Source: an uncultured Thermoplasmatales archaeon (lineage in GTDB: Archaea; Thermoplasmatota; E2; DHVEG-1). From it: a DNA stretch of 62,891 nucleotides. The stretch lies in assembly GCA_964636235.1 (NCBI GenBank), contig CAZWQV010000003.1:1-62891 (forward strand), written 5' to 3'. The notes below the pieces were generated by a model. It was given only the letters and a program-made list of their open reading frames with translations, was not told the origin of the DNA and did not search any database. Positions 58,697-62,891 of this stretch are shown piece after piece (the first letter of the stretch is position 1; the number at the start of each line of letters is the position of its first letter). The translations under genes and the position numbers were made by a program.

Positions 58697-59688
58697 ATGC
58701 AAATACCTTTGGAAGTATGTTTAAAATAACAACATATGGTGAATCACATGGTGAAGCAGTAGGAGTAACAATAGATGGTTGTCCGAAAAATATTACGATT
58801 TCATTAGATATGATTCAACAAGAATTGAATAGAAGAAAACCTGGTACAAGTCAGTTGACTTCATCAAGGAGCGAACCTGATATACTAGAAGTTATCTCTG
58901 GAATAGAAAATGGAAAAAGTACAGGAGGTACTATTCAATTACAGGTTAAAAATATTGATACACGATCAAATGATTATGATGAAATACTTCACAAACCTAG
59001 ACCAGGGCATGCAGATCTGACCTATTATCAAAAATATGGTCAAATTCCAGTAGGGGGTGGAAGAGCATCTGGAAGGGAAACGATTGGCAGGGTACTTGCA
59101 GGATCAATTGCAAAACAGATCCTGCAAACCAAAGGAATAACAGTTCATGGCCGTATCATTGAGATTCATGGAAAGAAAATGGATTTTGAACATGAAATTA
59201 TTCAAGCAAAAATGAATCAGGATTCAGTAGGTGGGATTATCCAAATTGAAATTAAGGGATTGCCCCCAGGTATTGGTGAACCGGTTTTTGAGAAATTAGA
59301 TGCTAATATTGCCAAAGGATTAATGAGTATAGGGGGGGTGAAAGGAGTTGAGATTGGTGATGGTTTTCAATCAGCAAAAATGAAAGGATCGGAACATAAT
59401 GATGCTATATTCTTCGAACATAGACAATTAAAAACCAAAACAAATCATGCTGGAGGCATACTCGGTGGTATTAGCAATGGTATGCCAATCATCATTCGCA
59501 TTGCTGTAAAACCTACCAGTTCTATTGGTATAACTCAAGAAACTGTAGATTTACAAAATATGGAACAAACAAGTCTAACTATTAAAGGAAGACATGATCC
59601 ATGTTTATGTCCTCGCATTGTTCCTGTGGCTGAAAGTATGATAGCCTTAGTTTTAATAGATTATCTTATTGAATCATTATCAAAATAG
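58693..59688 (+). CDS. aroC: Chorismate synthase
   Basis: GESHG, RPGHAD, RASGRET, GGILGGISNG, GRHDPC. Confidence 0.96.
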   Translation: MNANTFGSMFKITTYGESHGEAVGVTIDGCPKNITISLDMIQQELNRRKPGTSQLTSSRSEPDILEVISGIENGKSTGGTIQLQVKNIDTRSNDYDEILHKPRPGHADLTYYQKYGQIPVGGGRASGRETIGRVLAGSIAKQILQTKGITVHGRIIEIHGKKMDFEHEIIQAKMNQDSVGGIIQIEIKGLPPGIGEPVFEKLDANIAKGLMSIGGVKGVEIGDGFQSAKMKGSEHNDAIFFEHRQLKTKTNHAGGILGGISNGMPIIIRIAVKPTSSIGITQETVDLQNMEQTSLTIKGRHDPCLCPRIVPVAESMIALVLIDYLIESLSK

Positions 59689-60404
59689 AGTTGATTTTCC
59701 TTATCTGATTCTTGATAAGCATTTTTTAGTTTTTCATTGTTTTTTCTTCTTTTAATAACTTGATTCATAGATGATGAAAAATATGGTTGAAATCGTTCCT
59801 GATTCTCTGGATAATTGTTGATATATTTGTTCACAAAATAATGACTTAATTTAATTTTTTCATCCGTAAACATTGGATCTGTTGCAAGAATTGATACACA
59901 TAAAGATGCAATATCCTGATAAGGACTCCCTCGTTTGGACTCCTCAAAATCAAGACCGATGATAGATGTGTTTATTATAAAGTTTTTTAAGTGAGCATCC
60001 CCATGGATTATATATCCCTTATCATTAGATAATAATGTATGAAACTTTAAAAACCAATGTACTAAATGAAATAATGCCTGCTCTTTTTTGAGAATATGGA
60101 TGTGAGGATCGTTTATCATTTCACAAAGATTCTTGCCTTGGATGTGTTCCATAAATATAATGTAATGTTTGTTATCAATTTCGTAGAGTTGTGGGGACAG
60201 GTTTTTTTTGGATAGAAGAGATAATTGATGTTTTTCTATTAGGAATTGCTTTTTTGCGAATGGTTGAAACCATTTTACAACTTGGGTCTTATTATGAATG
60301 TTGACAAGACCGACAAGGTTTTTTTTACTAGGAAATTGTGAAATAAATTTTATTTGTTCAAATTTTTTATCTAGCTTGATGAAATCATTTAAATCCTTGG
60401 ACAT
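59661..60404 (-). CDS. Protein kinase-like (RIO/Kdo/APH-type) protein
   Basis: VVK, HGDAHLKNF, DFE catalytic motifs. Confidence 0.8.
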   Translation of the reverse strand: MSKDLNDFIKLDKKFEQIKFISQFPSKKNLVGLVNIHNKTQVVKWFQPFAKKQFLIEKHQLSLLSKKNLSPQLYEIDNKHYIIFMEHIQGKNLCEMINDPHIHILKKEQALFHLVHWFLKFHTLLSNDKGYIIHGDAHLKNFIINTSIIGLDFEESKRGSPYQDIASLCVSILATDPMFTDEKIKLSHYFVNKYINNYPENQERFQPYFSSSMNQVIKRRKNNEKLKNAYQESDKENQLYFDNDSIR

Positions 60405-60440
60405 ATGTAATTATGATTATAACAATAAAAAGAAAAAAGT

Positions 60441-61082
60441 TTATGGTTGAGCTATAATTTCAATACTTACAACCATTTTTGACCATAGATTTGATGAAGT
60501 AATTGGGTTATCATCGCCAATAAATGCAATTCTAAAAGGGCCGATTTCATTGTCTGGATCTATTTCAGAATAATATTGCCCATCTATTTTATAGGCAAGA
60601 ATCATTGTGGCTGTGTTATTTTCAATAACCGATCCGTTTTCGTTGTAGATATCTACTGATCCATTGACTTGGTTCATAGAATATTCACTTTCCCATCCAT
60701 CACTTGCAGTAACTAATAGAGTATAATTACTTGGAATATCATTCATCTCATTTAAAAAACTAGTAATAGGTATACCCGTGTAATTGTGAGCATCTTCGAT
60801 CAATACTGTATCAGGAAGTAGTTTTGTTTTGATATATCTTCCTTGACCGGTAACAGAATTTAACTCTTCCAACTCTGTTAAATTAAATATTGTTTCTGTA
60901 TTAGTCTGATTAATGATCCATGTAAAAACAGAAGGTGTTTGATCGATTTTATTATCCTCATTTGTATCTTTTTGTTCCTGATCTGTTGGTTCCGATAAAT
61001 TAACATAGGCGACAACTACTACTGCAATAATAATAAGTAATGCGAGTGTAATTGTTACTATGACTTGTTGATTTTTTGCCAT
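60441..61082 (-). CDS. Exported acidic protein, molybdopterin oxidoreductase-like fold (paralog of 44468..44899)
   Basis: N-terminal TM helix; YTGIPITSFL...LVTASDGW...MILAYKIDG...GPFRIA...WSKMVVSIEI. Confidence 0.6.
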   Translation of the reverse strand: MAKNQQVIVTITLALLIIIAVVVVAYVNLSEPTDQEQKDTNEDNKIDQTPSVFTWIINQTNTETIFNLTELEELNSVTGQGRYIKTKLLPDTVLIEDAHNYTGIPITSFLNEMNDIPSNYTLLVTASDGWESEYSMNQVNGSVDIYNENGSVIENNTATMILAYKIDGQYYSEIDPDNEIGPFRIAFIGDDNPITSSNLWSKMVVSIEIIAQP

Positions 61083-61157
61083 GGAATGATGGCAAATAAA
61101 AAAACACTTATAAAATTATGTATTATTTCAATGATAAAATAAAAAAATGGTTTTGTT

Positions 61158-61760
61158 ATGAACGATTCGGTTATCATAGGATTCTATGGAACATCAAATT
61201 CAGGGAAAACGTTACTTATTACAAAAATAATTTCTTGGTTGAAATCAAGTGGATATAAGGTGGCAACTGTAAAATTAACTAATAAAGAACTATCATTGGA
61301 TACAAAAGGAAAGGATACGGATAGGTATAAAGTAGCAGGATCGGATGTTGTTGTTTTTTCATCACTTATTGAAACAACCATCATACAGCCTAAATCATTG
61401 AATATTGCGGATATAATTACTACTGTCAATGATGGATCGATTGATGTTGTTATAATTGAGGGGGCAAATGATAAAAAGACATCAAAAATTAGAATTGATG
61501 AACAAAGTAGTTTACGAGAAAATACTTTATGGACCTATCATGATGATGTTGATAAAATAAAAATTTATTTAGAACATAAGTTAACAGAAAGGAGAAATAA
61601 AATGACAGATTATATTGAATTAAAAGTAAATGGAAAAAACATTCCTTTAACAGAATTTCCAAAAGAATTTATTGAACATACTATTGAAGGAATGATTTCA
61701 TCCTTAAAAGGTGTGGATGAAATAGAAACCATTGAAATATCAATAAAAAAGAAAAAATGA
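61158..61760 (+). CDS. mobB: Molybdopterin-guanine dinucleotide biosynthesis protein B with C-terminal domain
   Basis: GFYGTSNSGKT, VATVK, DTKGKDT, IIEG; C-terminal LKVNGKNIPL.EF domain. Confidence 0.88.
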   Translation: MNDSVIIGFYGTSNSGKTLLITKIISWLKSSGYKVATVKLTNKELSLDTKGKDTDRYKVAGSDVVVFSSLIETTIIQPKSLNIADIITTVNDGSIDVVIIEGANDKKTSKIRIDEQSSLRENTLWTYHDDVDKIKIYLEHKLTERRNKMTDYIELKVNGKNIPLTEFPKEFIEHTIEGMISSLKGVDEIETIEISIKKKK

Positions 61761-61777
61761 TGATGCTATTTTTCTGT

Positions 61778-61987
61778 TCACCACCAGTGCCCTCTTTCTT
61801 GATATAGTTGAATAAATCGCTCGAAGGACCTATCATATGTTTTTTCAATATCGTCAGGAAAGAAACAGGCGGGTAATTGTCCCATTTTTCGGTGGTAATG
61901 TAAACATTCGCAACAGTATCCTTTTTTGTCACAGCCATAGGAACAATTGCAATATTTAGCCTTATTTTGATCTTTTTTACATTCCAT
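61778..61987 (-). CDS. Small Cys-rich protein (DUF6485-like)
   Basis: [20 protein letters not shown]...LPACFF...YDRS. Confidence 0.8.
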   Translation of the reverse strand: MECKKDQNKAKYCNCSYGCDKKGYCCECLHYHRKMGQLPACFFPDDIEKTYDRSFERFIQLYQERGHWW

Positions 61988-61990
61988 GAT

Positions 61991-62891
61991 TTATTCACTT
62001 TCTTTAGGTTTTTTTGTCATATATAAAAATTCCTCTTCTTTAATAATAGGTAGATTCTCTTTCAATGCTTTTTTATATTTTGAACCAGGATTTTTACCTA
62101 CTATTACATAATCTATATTTTTATTGATAGAAGGTGCAACAATACCGCCCTTTTCTTTTACTAAATCACCAGCTTTTGATCGTGATAACTGTTCTAGTTT
62201 TCCAGTAAAAACAAATTGTTTTCCTTTGAATGGCAGTTCTTTTTCCTTCTGAATTTGAGATGTTTCCACTCCAATAGATTTCAGTTTATCGATTAATAAT
62301 TTATTTTCATCTGTTGAAAAAAAGGTGGCAATTGCTTCAGAGGTTTTTTCTCCTAGGCCATAAATTTCATTTAATTCGTCAGGTGTTGCTCTTGAAAGCT
62401 CGTCAATTGATGAATAGTTAGATGCAAGAATTTGAGCGGCATATTTTCCAACATGACGAATTCCCAATCCATAGATTAATCGTGATAAATCTTGTTGTTT
62501 ACTTTTTTCAATAGAATCTAATAAATTTTGTGCAGACTTTTCTTTAAATCCTTCGAGTTCTAAGATATCATTTTTAGTAAGGAAATATAAATCTGCAATA
62601 TTATTAATTTTATTTAATTCGATTAATTTATCAATAGTTGATTGACCAAGATGATCTATATCCATAGCATCTCTTGAAGCAAAATATCGAACTCTCCATT
62701 TTAATCGGGCGGGGCACATTTTATTAATACAGCGAACTGCAACTTCGCCTTCTTTTTTTACCACCTTTGATTGACATATTGGACATGTTTTGGGGATTTC
62801 TTTGATAATTTCATTTCCGGTTCTTTTCTCTTTTATACTTCTTACAACCTGCGGTATAACATCCCCACTTCGCTCTACCACAACAGTATCA
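61991..62891 (-). CDS. ligA: NAD-dependent DNA ligase LigA, C-terminal half (runs off window end)
   Basis: DTVVVERSGDVIPQV, Zn finger CPIC...C.NKMCPA, FASRDAMDI, HhH LGIRHVG, BRCT FVFTG..GKNPGSK. Confidence 0.95.
   Translation of the reverse strand, partial: DTVVVERSGDVIPQVVRSIKEKRTGNEIIKEIPKTCPICQSKVVKKEGEVAVRCINKMCPARLKWRVRYFASRDAMDIDHLGQSTIDKLIELNKINNIADLYFLTKNDILELEGFKEKSAQNLLDSIEKSKQQDLSRLIYGLGIRHVGKYAAQILASNYSSIDELSRATPDELNEIYGLGEKTSEAIATFFSTDENKLLIDKLKSIGVETSQIQKEKELPFKGKQFVFTGKLEQLSRSKAGDLVKEKGGIVAPSINKNIDYVIVGKNPGSKYKKALKENLPIIKEEEFLYMTKKPKESE

Noticed and set aside
57464-59688. AroA and AroC are shorter than typical, suggesting pseudogenes
   Set aside because: Frames are intact and the catalytic motifs are present; the shortening falls in variable loops
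1-62891. tRNA, rRNA, CRISPR arrays, transposases, integrases
   Set aside because: No cloverleaf/TTCGA-type arms, regularly spaced repeats or DDE/tyrosine recombinase motifs were recognised by eye; tRNAscan-SE, CRISPRCasFinder and ISEScan would be needed to exclude them formally

Overview
AT-rich archaeal chromosomal window, most consistent with Thermoplasmatota. This is an inference from archaeal r-proteins L32e/L19e/S4e, RpoK, ArcS, archaeal-type CCA enzyme and PGF-CTERM surface proteins; the order cannot be fixed without a phylogeny. From left to right it holds: partial deoxyhypusine synthase, MEMO1, hpt-like PRTase, MfnA, two paralogous Ig-like surface proteins, an S2P/TraB pair, rps2-rpoK, and the large r-protein operon (L3 to L30, ending without L15/SecY). 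Next come two KaiC-like ATPases with a pilin-like gene, LeuCD/HacAB, a DNase I-like lipoprotein, ArcS, PurH, and a cca-thpR cluster. These are followed by a tungsten AOR operon with ThiF/ThiS and two unknown membrane/exported genes, an EarA-family regulatory islet, a 12.4 kb bacterial-type trp+aro superoperon with TrpF-TrpC and AroK-AroD fusions, MobB, and a partial NAD-dependent LigA. No tRNA, rRNA, CRISPR array or transposase was recognised. The strongest leads are: (i) an EarA-family gene with a TATGTA-N6-TACATA site at its own promoter, divergent from a trp promoter carrying TGTACA-N4-TGTACA boxes; (ii) a structured three-way-junction leader upstream of rpl3; (iii) HhH domains added to r-proteins S3 and L32e; (iv) the AOR operon with a possible W/Mo-cofactor uptake module that has a paralog beside mobB; (v) the reversed TrpF-TrpC and the AroK-AroD fusions. 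All calls come from motif recognition by eye; no database searches were run.
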